From assembly GCA_041937175.2 (NCBI GenBank), contig CP166615.1:3840001-3904000 (forward strand): a DNA stretch of 64,000 nucleotides. The letters run 5' to 3'. Positions 1 through 10,816 of this stretch are shown one piece after another; position 1 is the first letter of the stretch, and every line of letters starts with the position of its first letter. The stretch is from Limnothrix sp. BL-A-16 (GTDB lineage: Bacteria; Cyanobacteriota; Cyanobacteriia; CACIAM-69d). A program made the translations under genes and the position numbers. The notes beneath the pieces were generated by a model that was given only the letters and a program-made list of their open reading frames with translations, was not told where the DNA came from and searched no databases.

Positions 1-510
1 TTGGGCCGCTCGCTCCGAGGAAATGGCAGCGGTTTGGGGCTGTTCCTGCACGTTGGTCAAGGCTTCGGCGGTGGAATTGGTGGGCAGGGGCTTGGCGTTG
101 GGCAAATGGGTTTCGATCCAGCGCTGACATTGAGCCAGGGCTTGGGGATGGGAATAGACCGTGGTGATGGCCTTTAGGTCTGGGGCTTGGGTCACCAGCA
201 CATGGGCGATCGGGAGCAACACCGCTTGTTGCACATGTAATCCCTCCAGTTGCCAAAGGGTGTCGAGGGTGGTGGTGACGCTGCCTTGGATGGAATTTTC
301 CACGGGCACAACGACCAGGGGCACTTCACCGCTGGCGGCCGCTTCCAGGGTTTTGGCAATGCTGGGATAGGGGCGAAATTCCCCTAGGAAGGATTCCTGG
401 CTCGATCGCCATTGGGCATAGCCGGTGGTGGCGGCCTCGGCATAGGTTCCCGCTGGGCCAAGGTAGCCAATTGTGATCGGGTGGGGGGAATCGGTCATCG
501 CCATAGCCAT
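1..510 (-). CDS. pheA: Prephenate dehydratase, 5' part (runs off window start)
   Basis: Manual minus-strand translation: M..TDSPHPITIGYLGPAGTYAEAA...VVPVENSIQGSV...VYSHPQALAQCQRWI...NSTAEA; start could be 510, 504 or 498. Confidence 0.93.
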   Translation of the reverse strand, partial: MAMAMTDSPHPITIGYLGPAGTYAEAATTGYAQWRSSQESFLGEFRPYPSIAKTLEAAASGEVPLVVVPVENSIQGSVTTTLDTLWQLEGLHVQQAVLLPIAHVLVTQAPDLKAITTVYSHPQALAQCQRWIETHLPNAKPLPTNSTAEALTNVQEQPQTAAISSERAAQ

Positions 511-952
511 CGCCAGAATATGGGGTGTGGAATTCGGTATGCGGAATTAGGGAGTTGCAGGGTGCGGCCCCAGCAGCGGGCATCAAGAACCGTTGATTAA
601 CCCTTGCAGATAGTTCTCAGAATACGATTTCCAGATCCCGACTGTGCCGGTTGATGCGCCCAGTCCCGGGCCGGATTTGAGCGAACCGATCGCCCCGGGG
701 CCACAGCTTCCGGAACGACGGGCAGCGGGTTCGGGCGATCGAGAGGTTCGGTTGGTCGCCCCCCTGCTGATCGCCCAAACCGGTATGATGGAATGCATTG
801 GGTAGCGTTAAGTCATGCTTAGTCCCCAAATTTTGGGTCTAATCGGGTCTAGTCCTTGTAAACCGCTGTTAAAGGTGCTGTCCTGTGGCGATCGCCCGGC
901 GGTGACCACCGTTGCCCAAGGGTGAGTTGAACCTAACGCGGAGACTTTTTCG

Positions 953-1546
953 GTGGCTGCTGGCTTCTTTGCCTCACAGACGATCGATATGCCGGTGCCG
1001 CCAATGCGTCGCTCGATCGCTGAATATCTGCGTCAGCCGCACCGGGTCGCGTTGGCGGTGGCCCAGCCCGGGCGCGTGGTGGCCCTGGGGGGCGATCGCT
1101 ATCGGCTTTCGGTGCAACCCCTCACCTTTGCCCATTTGCAGTTTCAACCCGTGGTGGATTTGCGGGTTTGGACCGACGAAGCAGGCGTGGTGCGGATGCG
1201 ATCGGTCGGTTGCGAGCTGGTGGGTCTCAAGGAGCTGGGCAACGGCCTTTCCCTGGAGTTGGTGGGCCAAGTGCGAGCCATTAGCACCTCGGCGGGCGAT
1301 CGCCTGAAGGGTGTAGTGGATCTAAAGGTGCGCGTGAAATTGCCCCCACCGGTTGATCGCTTGCCGGCCACCACGGTTCAGTCCACCGGCCAACTGCTGT
1401 TGGCCCAAGTGCTGGCAAGCATGAAGCAGCGCCTGGTAGAACAGTTGAGTGCTGACTATCGCCGTTGGGCCACGGAGTCCACCTCCGTCTCGCTGCCCCA
1501 GCGCTCTGCCCCAGGCTTGAATGCCGCCCGCCGCAAAAAACCATGA
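953..1546 (+). CDS. DUF1997 family protein
   Basis: F-x-ASQ...I-x-x-YLRQP-x-R N-terminus and closing 'L..RL..QL..DY..WA' typical of this cyanobacterial family; stop overlaps the cobM start (ATGA). Confidence 0.75.
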   Translation: MAAGFFASQTIDMPVPPMRRSIAEYLRQPHRVALAVAQPGRVVALGGDRYRLSVQPLTFAHLQFQPVVDLRVWTDEAGVVRMRSVGCELVGLKELGNGLSLELVGQVRAISTSAGDRLKGVVDLKVRVKLPPPVDRLPATTVQSTGQLLLAQVLASMKQRLVEQLSADYRRWATESTSVSLPQRSAPGLNAARRKKP

Positions 1547-2385
1547 CCTCTGATTCCAGCGTTGCGATCGATCCCATCACCCCTTTGCCCGAGTCGGCCC
1601 TCGATCGCCCCGCCACCGTGCGAATTGTGGGCGCGGGGCCCGGTGACCCCGACCTGATTTCCGTGCGAGGTCAAAAACTCCTGGCGGCAGCGGATACGGT
1701 CTTTTGGGCTGGCTCCCTCGTGCCGGAAGCGATGTTGGGCCATTGCCGGCCCGAGGTGGAAGCGATCGACACCCGATCGCTTGTCTTGGAAGATTGGTTG
1801 CCCACCTTGATCGATCGGGCCCGCGCCGGAAAACAGGTGGTGCGGCTGCAAGACGGCGACCCCTCCCTCTATGGCGCACTCCATGAAGTGGTGGCCCAAC
1901 TGTTGGAGCAAGAAATTCCCTTTGAAGTGGTGCCCGGAATCAGCGCCTTCCAAGCGGCCGCCGCCCGTTTGGCCGTAGAGCTGACCGTGCCCAACCTGGT
2001 ACAAAGCATCATCCTCACCCGGGCCCGGGGCGAAACCCAAGTGCCCGAGGCGGAAGACCTGGCCAGCCTGGCCGCCCACAAAGCCAGCCTTTGTCTATAC
2101 CTGAGTGCCCACCATGCCCAGCGGGCCCAAGACCAGCTCGCGGCCCATTACCCACCGGAGATGACCATCGCGGTTTGCTACCGGATTGGGTGGGAGGATG
2201 AGCGAGTGGTGCTCTGCCGGTTGGATGAGTTGGCCAGCATCACCCACCAGGAAAACCTAACTCGCACTGTTCTTTATGTGATTAGTCCGGCCCTGGATGC
2301 CATGACCACGGCCACCACCGCCCGATCGCGCCTTTACAGCGGCGATCACCGCCACATTTTCCGCCCCAAGGCCAGCCAAGCCTAG
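1543..2385 (+). CDS. cobM: Precorrin-4 C11-methyltransferase
   Basis: VGAGPGDPDLI, AGSLVP, VRLQDGDPSLYGA, VPGISAF, SRLY motifs; ATG at 1543 coupled to the upstream stop. Confidence 0.92.
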   Translation: MTSDSSVAIDPITPLPESALDRPATVRIVGAGPGDPDLISVRGQKLLAAADTVFWAGSLVPEAMLGHCRPEVEAIDTRSLVLEDWLPTLIDRARAGKQVVRLQDGDPSLYGALHEVVAQLLEQEIPFEVVPGISAFQAAAARLAVELTVPNLVQSIILTRARGETQVPEAEDLASLAAHKASLCLYLSAHHAQRAQDQLAAHYPPEMTIAVCYRIGWEDERVVLCRLDELASITHQENLTRTVLYVISPALDAMTTATTARSRLYSGDHRHIFRPKASQA

Positions 2386-2699
2386 ATCTTAGGGGATCAA
2401 CCACGATGCCATAACTGGAATGGGTATCGCCCAGCAGCAATCGATCTTCGGGTATTGCTGGAATTCAGTAATGATGGGCTAGGGTAAACAGGAATAAACT
2501 GAAAAGGCTTCAGTTATTGAAAAATAGCTGAAAAATTCTGGACAGCGTAGACCTTACCAGCTAGCGGATCAACCACAATTCCATAGCCAAAATGGGTGTA
2601 GTCCGGACGATCGCCAGCCACTGACCAGGGGCTATTCGCGACGGAAAGCGATTGGGCGATTGCCTGGGTTGACGCATCAGTTCAGAGGCTCCGTTTTGC

Positions 2700-5600
2700 T
2701 TAGGAAGCCTTCAGCGGGGCTTCGGGCAATGCGCCCTGCATTCGGCTCAGCCAATCGATCAAATTATCCAGTTGCTGTTCCGGTTTGACCACGCCCAAAC
2801 CGCGCACCATTACTTTTTTGGGCATGTAAACAAAGCGCGATCGCAGGTGGTCGGGCAGGTTTTCGGCTAACAGTTTCCAAGCCGGTTCTTCCATCGGTGT
2901 TTCCAGAATCACATGCTGCTTGTTCTCGATTCGGATTCGTGAGAAGCCCAGCTTTTTGGCCGTTTGCTTCAGTTCCATCACCCGCAAAAGCTGCAAACAA
3001 GCGGGCGGAATTGGGCCGTAGCGATCGCTCCAGTCGGCAGCGATTTCCGTGAGTTCCCGTTTGGTACTGGCGGCGGCAACCGATCGATAGGCGCTCATCT
3101 TCTGTTCCAGATCGGGAATGTAATCGTTGGGGATAAAGGCCGTCAGGTGCAAATCGATTTGGGTGTCGTCCACTTGCGGGATTTCTTGGCCACGGATTTC
3201 ATCGATCGCCTCTTGCAACATTTCCATGTAGAGATCAAAGCCGATCGCTTCCATTTGTCCCGATTGTTCGGCTCCCAACAAGTTACCCACGCCGCGAATT
3301 TCCATGTCGCGCATTGCTAACTGATAGCCCGATCCCAGTTGGGTAAATTCCTGGATCGCGCGCAGTCGTTTGCGGGCAGCTTCTGATAGTAATCCCTGGC
3401 GGTTATAGAACAACCAAGCATGGGCTTGCACTCCGGCTCGACCGACGCGGCCGCGCAATTGGTAGAGCTGAGAGAGTCCGAATTTTTCCGCATCTTCAAT
3501 CAAGATTGTGTTGACGCGGGGAATATCCAAGCCCGATTCCACAATTGTCGTACAGACCAAAATATCCGCTTCGCCACTGCCAAAGGACAGCATCGTGGCT
3601 TCCAATTCGCCCTCGTCCATTTGCCCATGGGCGATCGCAATTCGCAGGCTGGGAACCAGTTCCACCAATTGCGTTGCTACCTTTTCAATGCCTTCCACCC
3701 GAGGGACGACGTAGAAAATTTGCCCACCCCGATCGAGTTCTTGCCGAATGGCCGATCGCACCGCTTCCGGGTCGTAGGGAGCCAGGTGGGTTTGAATCGG
3801 GCGGCGGTTAGGCGGCGGAGTCGTAATCAAGCTCATTTCTCGAATGCCCGACAGCGCCATATAAAGCGTCCGTGGAATCGGCGTGGCGCTGAGAGTCAAC
3901 ACATCCACTTGGGTTTTCAGGGCTTTGATTTTCTCCTTTTGATTCACCCCAAATCGCTGTTCTTCATCAACTACTAAAAGACCCAAATCTTTAAATTGGG
4001 TGGATTTGCTCAACAGAGCATGGGTTCCCACCACAATATCCAATTCTCCGGTAGCCAAACGCCGTTGAATTTCCTTGCGTTCTTGGGGCGATCGAAACCG
4101 ATTCATTAGCCCAATTTGAATCGGATAGGGGGCAAAACGTTCTTTTAAGGTGTGGTAATGCTGTTGGGTCAAAATCGTGGTGGGAGCCAGCAGGGCGCAT
4201 TGTTTCCCGGCAGTAACGGCCTTGAAAATGGCGCGCACAGCCACTTCCGTTTTACCAAACCCCACATCACCACAGACTAAGCGATCCATGGGGCGATCGC
4301 TTTCCATGTCCCGTTTTACGTCCTGGGTTGCCTTCAGTTGATCCGGCGTGGGTTGGTAGGGAAATGAATCCTCTAGCTCCTGTTGCCAAGGCATATCCGG
4401 CGGCAGGGCCACGCCCCGTTGTTCCGATCGCGCCGCATATAATTGCAGCAAGTCCACCGCCAATTTCTTGATCGTTTTGCGGACTTTCGCTTTTGTTTTT
4501 TCCCAGTTTTTCCCGGTCATCCGATGCAGTTCGGGCGGGCTATCTTGGGTGCGACGATAGCGCGATAGGCTACCCACTTGATCGGCAGCAACCCGCAGCA
4601 ACCCATCGGCGTATTGCAACACCAAATATTCGCGGGTTTGGTTGTCAAAAACGATTTTTTCGAGCTTCAAAAAGCGCCCAATCCCGTGGTTACGATGCAC
4701 CACATAATCACCGGGCGAAAGCTTGTTCGGATCCACCTGTTTGGAGGTGGCGCGGCGGCGTTTGCGCACATAGCCGGGCGTGGCCAAGGCGTGCTGACCA
4801 AAGAACTCCCGATCGGTCAGCACCGTGATCCGATAGGTGGGCAGCACAAAGCCTTCGAGTTCCGCCAAACCGGAATATTTGACCGCCACCGGGGTGTGGT
4901 TGCCCTGGAGCCGATCGATCGCCTGGAAATCGCGCGGGCTGGGCACAAACTGAGCCGGACAATCATGCTCTTGCAGCAGGGCCACGGAGCGGCTGGGCTG
5001 GGCCGACAGCAACCAAATGGCGAATTTGCGATCGACCTCGCCGCGAATGAAATCCGCCAACTTGCTGAACTGGTGTGGTGTGGGCGGCACGGGCCGGGAA
5101 GCCAAATTAATCGGCCGGGGCGGGTTAGCAATCAAGGGCGACACCACCTCCGTGGCCAGCTCGCTCAGAAAGAACCGATCGAACCGATCGAGCGCCGTCA
5201 ACACCTCACTAAAGGTGCGATGAATCGGGCGCAGGGGTTCCCCGTGGGGCAAGCTGTCCGGGTGTTGATTGACGATCGCCCAATGCTCGCCTACCTGCTC
5301 CACCCAGCGATCGGCATGGGCCCCGCAATGGTCGATCTCATCGATCGCCACAATCGTCCCCTCGGGCAAATAGTCCAGCAAGCAGGCCGGTTGCTCAAAG
5401 GCTCGCCCCAACAGCCGCCGCACCCCTTCCGCGTCCGATCGCAACTCCGCTTCCGCCTCCGGTTCGTCCACGGGTTCCGGCTCCCAACCCAAGGCCGCCC
5501 GCACGATCGGCCCAAAATCCGTCGGAGTCAGCACCACCCGCGCCACCGGATCGAGCGATCGTTGATTCGACGGGTCAAACTCCCGAATCCGCTCCAAAGC

Positions 5601-6215
5601 GTCGCCAAACCACTCCAACCGCACCGGTAATTCCGATGACACCGGAAACACATCGATGATGTCGCCGCGCTGGCTCCACTGGCCCTCCGTTTCCACCAGA
5701 GACACCCGCTCATAGCCCAGCCGCGCCAGTTTGCGCCCCAAATCGCCCAAATCTGACTCCGCGCCGGGTTCCAGATTGATGCAATAGGGATCAAACGCCG
5801 CCACGGGAGGCAGGTGTGGTTGCAACGCCCGCTCCGTGGTGACAATCACGATCGGCTTGGGGTCACTGTGAAGCGATCGCCCCCGCAAGTCCGCCAACAC
5901 CTGCAACTGACCCCAGAGGGTTTCCTGCTCCGGGTCAAAGGGTTCGTAGGGCGAGGCTTCCGAGGTGGGATAAAAATGCAGCGCCCCAAAGCCCATCTCT
6001 TCCATTTGGGCGGCCCAGCGGCTGGCTTCCTCCAGCGTCGCCGTGACCACCAGCAGCGATCGCCCCCGGGCCTGGGCCAAGGCCGAAATCGTGAAGGCCT
6101 TGGGCAACTGGGCCGCGCCGCTAAAAATCAACTGGCGATCGCGATCGAGCCGTCCTAAGAACTCCTCCGTCAAGGGAGACCGCTGCAAAGCACGCACGAT
6201 CGACGCAAAAGCCAT
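2700..6215 (-). CDS. mfd: Transcription-repair coupling factor
   Basis: UvrB-like N-terminus, CarD/RID ([12 protein letters not shown]), [37 protein letters not shown] and TRCF C-terminus; 1171 aa. Confidence 0.98.
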   Translation of the reverse strand: MAFASIVRALQRSPLTEEFLGRLDRDRQLIFSGAAQLPKAFTISALAQARGRSLLVVTATLEEASRWAAQMEEMGFGALHFYPTSEASPYEPFDPEQETLWGQLQVLADLRGRSLHSDPKPIVIVTTERALQPHLPPVAAFDPYCINLEPGAESDLGDLGRKLARLGYERVSLVETEGQWSQRGDIIDVFPVSSELPVRLEWFGDALERIREFDPSNQRSLDPVARVVLTPTDFGPIVRAALGWEPEPVDEPEAEAELRSDAEGVRRLLGRAFEQPACLLDYLPEGTIVAIDEIDHCGAHADRWVEQVGEHWAIVNQHPDSLPHGEPLRPIHRTFSEVLTALDRFDRFFLSELATEVVSPLIANPPRPINLASRPVPPTPHQFSKLADFIRGEVDRKFAIWLLSAQPSRSVALLQEHDCPAQFVPSPRDFQAIDRLQGNHTPVAVKYSGLAELEGFVLPTYRITVLTDREFFGQHALATPGYVRKRRRATSKQVDPNKLSPGDYVVHRNHGIGRFLKLEKIVFDNQTREYLVLQYADGLLRVAADQVGSLSRYRRTQDSPPELHRMTGKNWEKTKAKVRKTIKKLAVDLLQLYAARSEQRGVALPPDMPWQQELEDSFPYQPTPDQLKATQDVKRDMESDRPMDRLVCGDVGFGKTEVAVRAIFKAVTAGKQCALLAPTTILTQQHYHTLKERFAPYPIQIGLMNRFRSPQERKEIQRRLATGELDIVVGTHALLSKSTQFKDLGLLVVDEEQRFGVNQKEKIKALKTQVDVLTLSATPIPRTLYMALSGIREMSLITTPPPNRRPIQTHLAPYDPEAVRSAIRQELDRGGQIFYVVPRVEGIEKVATQLVELVPSLRIAIAHGQMDEGELEATMLSFGSGEADILVCTTIVESGLDIPRVNTILIEDAEKFGLSQLYQLRGRVGRAGVQAHAWLFYNRQGLLSEAARKRLRAIQEFTQLGSGYQLAMRDMEIRGVGNLLGAEQSGQMEAIGFDLYMEMLQEAIDEIRGQEIPQVDDTQIDLHLTAFIPNDYIPDLEQKMSAYRSVAAASTKRELTEIAADWSDRYGPIPPACLQLLRVMELKQTAKKLGFSRIRIENKQHVILETPMEEPAWKLLAENLPDHLRSRFVYMPKKVMVRGLGVVKPEQQLDNLIDWLSRMQGALPEAPLKAS

Positions 6216-6431
6216 AATCCAGACCCCTTAAAACCTGAGCAACGCGCCCAAAGCCCCCACCACAGGAAAATTGTGGCGTTTTTGCAGCGCTAGCGTGAAT
6301 GGTTAACCCCTCTGATTCTAGGAGGTTGTTGGGTACATTTACCGACCGGGCGATCGGGCCCCGATCGCCTGTCTCTCATCAAAATCCTTGATTCGGCATA
6401 ATTGGCTTAAATCTCGCCTTTCTGACTCGTG

Positions 6432-8954
6432 ATGCCGAACGAATCTGCTGCGCCTCAGCCGGAACCCAAGCAGGACGAAAAAGACCCAGAATCAAAGTTG
6501 GCCGAACAGACCACCAAGGACAAAGACGACACCGCCAAGGATTCTCAATCTGCCGAGCTAGCCAACAAGGACAGAGACAAGGATGCTGAAGCCGCTGCCC
6601 AACATTGGGTGGTGCAAGTCATTAAGACTCTGGGTGGCGGTGGATGGTTTGTCTTTGTTGTGTTGCGACAAGACTGGGCTTTGGCAGGAATCACTTTCCT
6701 AGTTTTGATCGCGAGGACAGCATGGAAGGGCTACACCAAAAGTGTTCTGAGTCGCGTCTCGGAACTGGCGGGGGCGAGGGGGCTAGCTCACGTGGACACC
6801 TTGGTGGGTTGGGCAAAAATCGCCAATCAAAGCCTGACCGAAACGATCAAATGGCGGCTATCAGGGTTTGAGGTCAAATATCTGGAATGCCAGGGTTGGG
6901 CTTGTCTGCGTGATGATCCGCTCGGGCTAGATCGAGTGGGTGATGGTGTAATCCGTCCATTGTTACAAGAGATTTTTGTGCCCTTGGAGCTGACCATTAA
7001 TCCACAGCTTGGGGGCTATGCCGAGCAGCAAAAAAGGCTCAAGCGGCAGTTAAGAAAGCAACAAAAGTTTTCTGACCAAAACCTAGGGATGCAAGAGGCT
7101 TGCATTCAATCAATTTGGGATTTGCTGAAACAAGTTAAGCACGATCCGAGCTATCGTCAAATGTTGATTCGGGCTAAGGGCGGCTATGGTAAAACTACGC
7201 TGCTAAAACATTTGACCTATGTTTATTGCCAAAGAAATCGTCAAGTTAGTTATCAACGCTATCGCGCACCCAAGTTCATTCCTTTTTTGATTATTTTGGC
7301 GATCAAAACCAATTGGCAGACGCTTTCCGATGAAAATGCACCGGATTTGCCAGATTTTCTCACCAGGATTCATTTGCCTAGCTTACCCAAGAGCAAAACC
7401 CTAAACCTAAAAGTGCCGCCCAATTGGATTGCGGAACTCTTGGAACAAGGCAAGGCGTTGGTGATGTTCGATGGGTTTGATGAAGTGCCAAAAGATCATC
7501 GCCTGGCCGTTAGCCAATGGATTAACCGGCAAATGCGCGAGTTTCCAGAATCAGTGCTGATTGTCACTTCGCGTCCCGCTGCTTGTTTGGAACATTACAA
7601 CCAGCCTTTGCCTAGTGCTTTGTTGTGGGTGCGGCAGTTTTCAACACAACAACAAGCAAAATTTATTCGGCAGTGGTATAGCTTTCAGGAAGTCAAGGCG
7701 GTTGGTGGGCAAAAAACGCCCGACATTGAGCATCGAATTGAGGAGCGATCGCAGTCCTTAATTGACCAATTACAAGCCAGACCTGAGTTAGCAGATTTGG
7801 CCGGCAATCCGTTGTTGCTGAATATGATGTGTCGCTTCCATAAGGAGCATGGCATAGACGAGCCATTACCCCAACGGCGAGTGGAACTTTATCAAGATAT
7901 TTGCGAGGTGCAAACGGCGCGGCGACCCAAGGAGCGGAACATTCCACTGTGTTTGCGGCCGGCTGAACGCTTGGAAGTGTTGCAAATTTTGGCGCTGGCG
8001 ATGATGCTGCGGGCCAAGCCGGGTGAGGGTGAAAACCCCAATGAGGATGAGAGCCACAAGCAAATCAAAGAGGATGATTTGTTGGATCTGATTGTGCAGC
8101 CGATCGGGGAGCGCGACCCGGAGGCTTCAGCGCGGGACTTTTTACGGCAAATGGTGGAAGTTAGCGAGCTGTTGGTGGAAACTCAAGAAAAGGGAATTTA
8201 TGAGTTTTCGCACCTGAGTTTTCAGGAGTTTTTAGCAGCTAGTGAAGTTGTGCGGCTCAAGCAAGAATCGATCCTGTATGACAAGTTGGCAATTGCTGCT
8301 TGGGAAGCGACAATTTTGCTCTATGGGGAGTTGTCGCCACCTTCAAATTTGATTCGGGAAGCGATGAAACAGCACCCAAACTTAGCCTACAAAATTTATC
8401 AAACCACGGCCAAGCGTCTGGACTTGAACAATGCGGAACGGGCGGAACTGGAACGCCTGAAAAAAACCGTGGCTAGCTCGCGCTACGAGAAGCTAGAAGC
8501 CCTGATGATTGCGGGCGACTGGAAAGGAGCCGACGACGAGACCTATCGGCTGATGATCACCACGGTGGGCAAGGAAGAGGGGCAATGGTTCACGAGTGAG
8601 GAGCTGTTGAATTTTCCCTGTGAGGAGTTGTTGGCCATTGATCGGTTGTGGGTGCAGCACAGCCAAGGTCAGTTTGGCTTTTCGGTGCAAAAGGAGATTT
8701 ACGTGGCCTGTGGGGCCAAGCTGGATGGCAAGTATCCGGGTGATAAGATCTGGGAGGATTTTGCGACGCGAGTGGGATGGCGAGAGCATGACGACTGGAA
8801 GAGCCGAGACGAACTGAAAATGAACCCCCATCTCTCACCTAAAGGAGAATTTCCAAGTAAGGGTCATTATTTTGGTGTGTGGGGGTTTGTGGGTGGGGGG
8901 TTGTTCTCTTCTCTCGCATCGAGACTTGTGAACTGTAGCAGGCCACAGTCGTAG
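6432..8954 (+). CDS. Membrane-anchored NACHT NTPase with C-terminal GUN4-like domain
   Basis: N-terminal hydrophobic helices; Walker A AKGGYGKTT; Walker B VMFDGFDEV; VTSRP; NPLLL; FSHLSFQEFLAA; GUN4 'WKGADDETYRLM...FPCEEL..IDRLWVQHSQGQFGFSVQKEIY'. Confidence 0.88.
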   Translation: MPNESAAPQPEPKQDEKDPESKLAEQTTKDKDDTAKDSQSAELANKDRDKDAEAAAQHWVVQVIKTLGGGGWFVFVVLRQDWALAGITFLVLIARTAWKGYTKSVLSRVSELAGARGLAHVDTLVGWAKIANQSLTETIKWRLSGFEVKYLECQGWACLRDDPLGLDRVGDGVIRPLLQEIFVPLELTINPQLGGYAEQQKRLKRQLRKQQKFSDQNLGMQEACIQSIWDLLKQVKHDPSYRQMLIRAKGGYGKTTLLKHLTYVYCQRNRQVSYQRYRAPKFIPFLIILAIKTNWQTLSDENAPDLPDFLTRIHLPSLPKSKTLNLKVPPNWIAELLEQGKALVMFDGFDEVPKDHRLAVSQWINRQMREFPESVLIVTSRPAACLEHYNQPLPSALLWVRQFSTQQQAKFIRQWYSFQEVKAVGGQKTPDIEHRIEERSQSLIDQLQARPELADLAGNPLLLNMMCRFHKEHGIDEPLPQRRVELYQDICEVQTARRPKERNIPLCLRPAERLEVLQILALAMMLRAKPGEGENPNEDESHKQIKEDDLLDLIVQPIGERDPEASARDFLRQMVEVSELLVETQEKGIYEFSHLSFQEFLAASEVVRLKQESILYDKLAIAAWEATILLYGELSPPSNLIREAMKQHPNLAYKIYQTTAKRLDLNNAERAELERLKKTVASSRYEKLEALMIAGDWKGADDETYRLMITTVGKEEGQWFTSEELLNFPCEELLAIDRLWVQHSQGQFGFSVQKEIYVACGAKLDGKYPGDKIWEDFATRVGWREHDDWKSRDELKMNPHLSPKGEFPSKGHYFGVWGFVGGGLFSSLASRLVNCSRPQS

Positions 8955-9266
8955 GGTGTGTGGGAGTATGTCACCTTTGTAATGACAACCTCCCGGTCAT
9001 CTCCCACGCACCGCAACCGCCGCGCCATCGACGACCATCCCCACGAGTTCGTTGGGCCGCGACATTGCAGCGGTGCGTAGGGCATGAAGGGAGCGTCGGG
9101 AATCAAGGGAGCGTTGCCCTACACACCCTACGGTTTGTCGATTTTTCGCCACCCATGCTGCATTCACGACCATCCCCGATCGGTTGGGCCGCGCTCAATC
9201 CTCGGTGCATAGGAGCGCGAATTAACCCTTTCGTGACCATTGGGGCGTACTCCCATGCACCCTACG
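8950..9266. repeat. Cluster of GTAG-type REP-like inverted repeats
   Basis: CGTAGGGTGTGTGGG (8950-8964) is inverted at 9118-9132 (1 mismatch) and degenerately at 9242-9266; GTAGGGCA/TGCCCTAC pair at 9077/9115; internal direct repeat ACGACCATCCCC...GTTGGGCCGCG. Confidence 0.6.
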
Positions 9267-9481
9267 GTTGGTCGATTTCCCGCCACCCACGCCGAAGAAA
9301 CGATCGCCCCTGATCGCCTGGGCCGCCACGATCGCCCCAGGCCAGCGGCAACACCCAAGCCACATCGGGGCAAGACGGGATAAGAAGTAGTAGGATTACG
9401 GTGTAAATTTGCCCCCTCTGGGCGATCGCCCGCTTCTTGCCCGGCCGGCAAGCCATCACCGATGTTGTTGTCTCGTCCCGT

Positions 9482-10816
9482 ATGAGTTCTGCCCTTACCG
9501 AACTGGCGATCGTTGCGGCCTTGACGGTTGCGAACGGGATTTTTTCAATGTCGGAAATGGCGATCGTCTCGTCGCGCAAGACGCGCCTGCAAAACCGGGC
9601 GGAACGGGGCGATCGAGCGGCCCGCGCAGCCCTGGCCCTGGCGGAATCGCCCAACCAGTTTTTATCCACCATCCAAATCGGCATCACCCTGATCGGCATC
9701 CTGACGGGGACTTTTGGGGGCGCTTCCTTGTCGGCGGAGTTGCGGCCCATCCTGGAAGCCGTGCCGCCATTAGCCCCCATGAGCGGGGCCCTGTCGGTGG
9801 TGATTACCGTGGCGGGCATTACCTACCTCTCGTTGGTGGTGGGCGAGCTGGTTCCCAAGCGGCTGGCCCTGGGCAATCCGGAACAGATTGCGGCCAATGT
9901 GGCGCTACCGATGCGGTGGTTGTCGTGGATTACGGCCCCGGTGGTCTATTTGTTGAGCCATTCCACGGATCTGATTGTGCGATCGCTCGGAACCACGGTT
10001 TCCAGCGAGCCGCAGGTGACGGAAGAAGAAATTAAGCTGCTGTTGCAACAGGGCACGGAAGCGGGCACGGTCGAAGAAGCCGAGCAGGAAATTGTAGAGC
10101 GGGTGTTGTCTCTGGGCGATCGCCCCGTCAGTTCCGTGATGACTTCCCGCCGAGAGGTGGTGTGGCTGGATTTGGATGCGCCTTTGCACGAGACGATCGA
10201 ACAAATCATCAACAGCCACCACCAGCGATTCCCCGTCTGTCGCGACAGTTTGGATGAGGTCGTTGGGTTCATTCAGGTGAACGACCTGTTGGCCCAAACC
10301 CTGATGAATCAGACCCTGAATTTAACGGATTGTCTGCGTCAGCCGTTGATTGTGCCGGAAACCACGGGCACGTTGCGGATTTTGGAAATGTTCCGCGAAA
10401 CGGGTCTGCATATTGCCTTGGTGGTGGATGAGTACGGCGTGGTGCAAGGGTTGGTGACGATCAACGACATGCTCGAAGCGATCGTGGGCGACCTGACCGA
10501 TGTGGATGAGGAAGACACGCCCAAGGTGGTGCAGCGGGAGGATGGTTCCTGGCTGGTGGATGGGATGTTGGCGATCGAGCGGATGCGCGATGAATTGGAT
10601 ATGGCTGAACTGCCCGGTGAGCGGGAAGGGCGCTACCAAACCGTGGCGGGCTTCGTGATTGCTTCGTTGGGCCACATTCCCAAGGCTACGGATACGTTTC
10701 ACTGGAATGGCTTCCGGTTTGAGGTGGTGGATATGGACGGCAACCGGGTTGATAAAATCCTGGTTTCCAAACCCAGCACGGCTCCCAGCACTTCAGAGCC
10801 GCCCACGGCTGATTAA
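9482..10816 (+). CDS. Hemolysin/CNNM family protein (DUF21-CBS-CBS-CorC_HlyC), Mg2+/Co2+ transport-related
   Basis: NGIFSMSEMAIVS, FLSTIQIGIT, GELVPKRLAL, CBS pair, VDEYG, EAIVGD, EVVDMDGNRVDKILV. Confidence 0.92.
   Translation: MSSALTELAIVAALTVANGIFSMSEMAIVSSRKTRLQNRAERGDRAARAALALAESPNQFLSTIQIGITLIGILTGTFGGASLSAELRPILEAVPPLAPMSGALSVVITVAGITYLSLVVGELVPKRLALGNPEQIAANVALPMRWLSWITAPVVYLLSHSTDLIVRSLGTTVSSEPQVTEEEIKLLLQQGTEAGTVEEAEQEIVERVLSLGDRPVSSVMTSRREVVWLDLDAPLHETIEQIINSHHQRFPVCRDSLDEVVGFIQVNDLLAQTLMNQTLNLTDCLRQPLIVPETTGTLRILEMFRETGLHIALVVDEYGVVQGLVTINDMLEAIVGDLTDVDEEDTPKVVQREDGSWLVDGMLAIERMRDELDMAELPGEREGRYQTVAGFVIASLGHIPKATDTFHWNGFRFEVVDMDGNRVDKILVSKPSTAPSTSEPPTAD

Noticed and set aside
830..960. 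Cobalamin riboswitch ahead of the DUF1997-cobM operon
   Set aside because: No B12-box or GGGAA...GCCCCCGC core found.
4578..5630. Long antisense/shadow ORFs (e.g. 4578-5630, 36191-37075, 57105-58046, 23621-24331)
   Set aside because: They overlap well-supported genes on the opposite strand and are expected in GC-rich DNA; no motifs.
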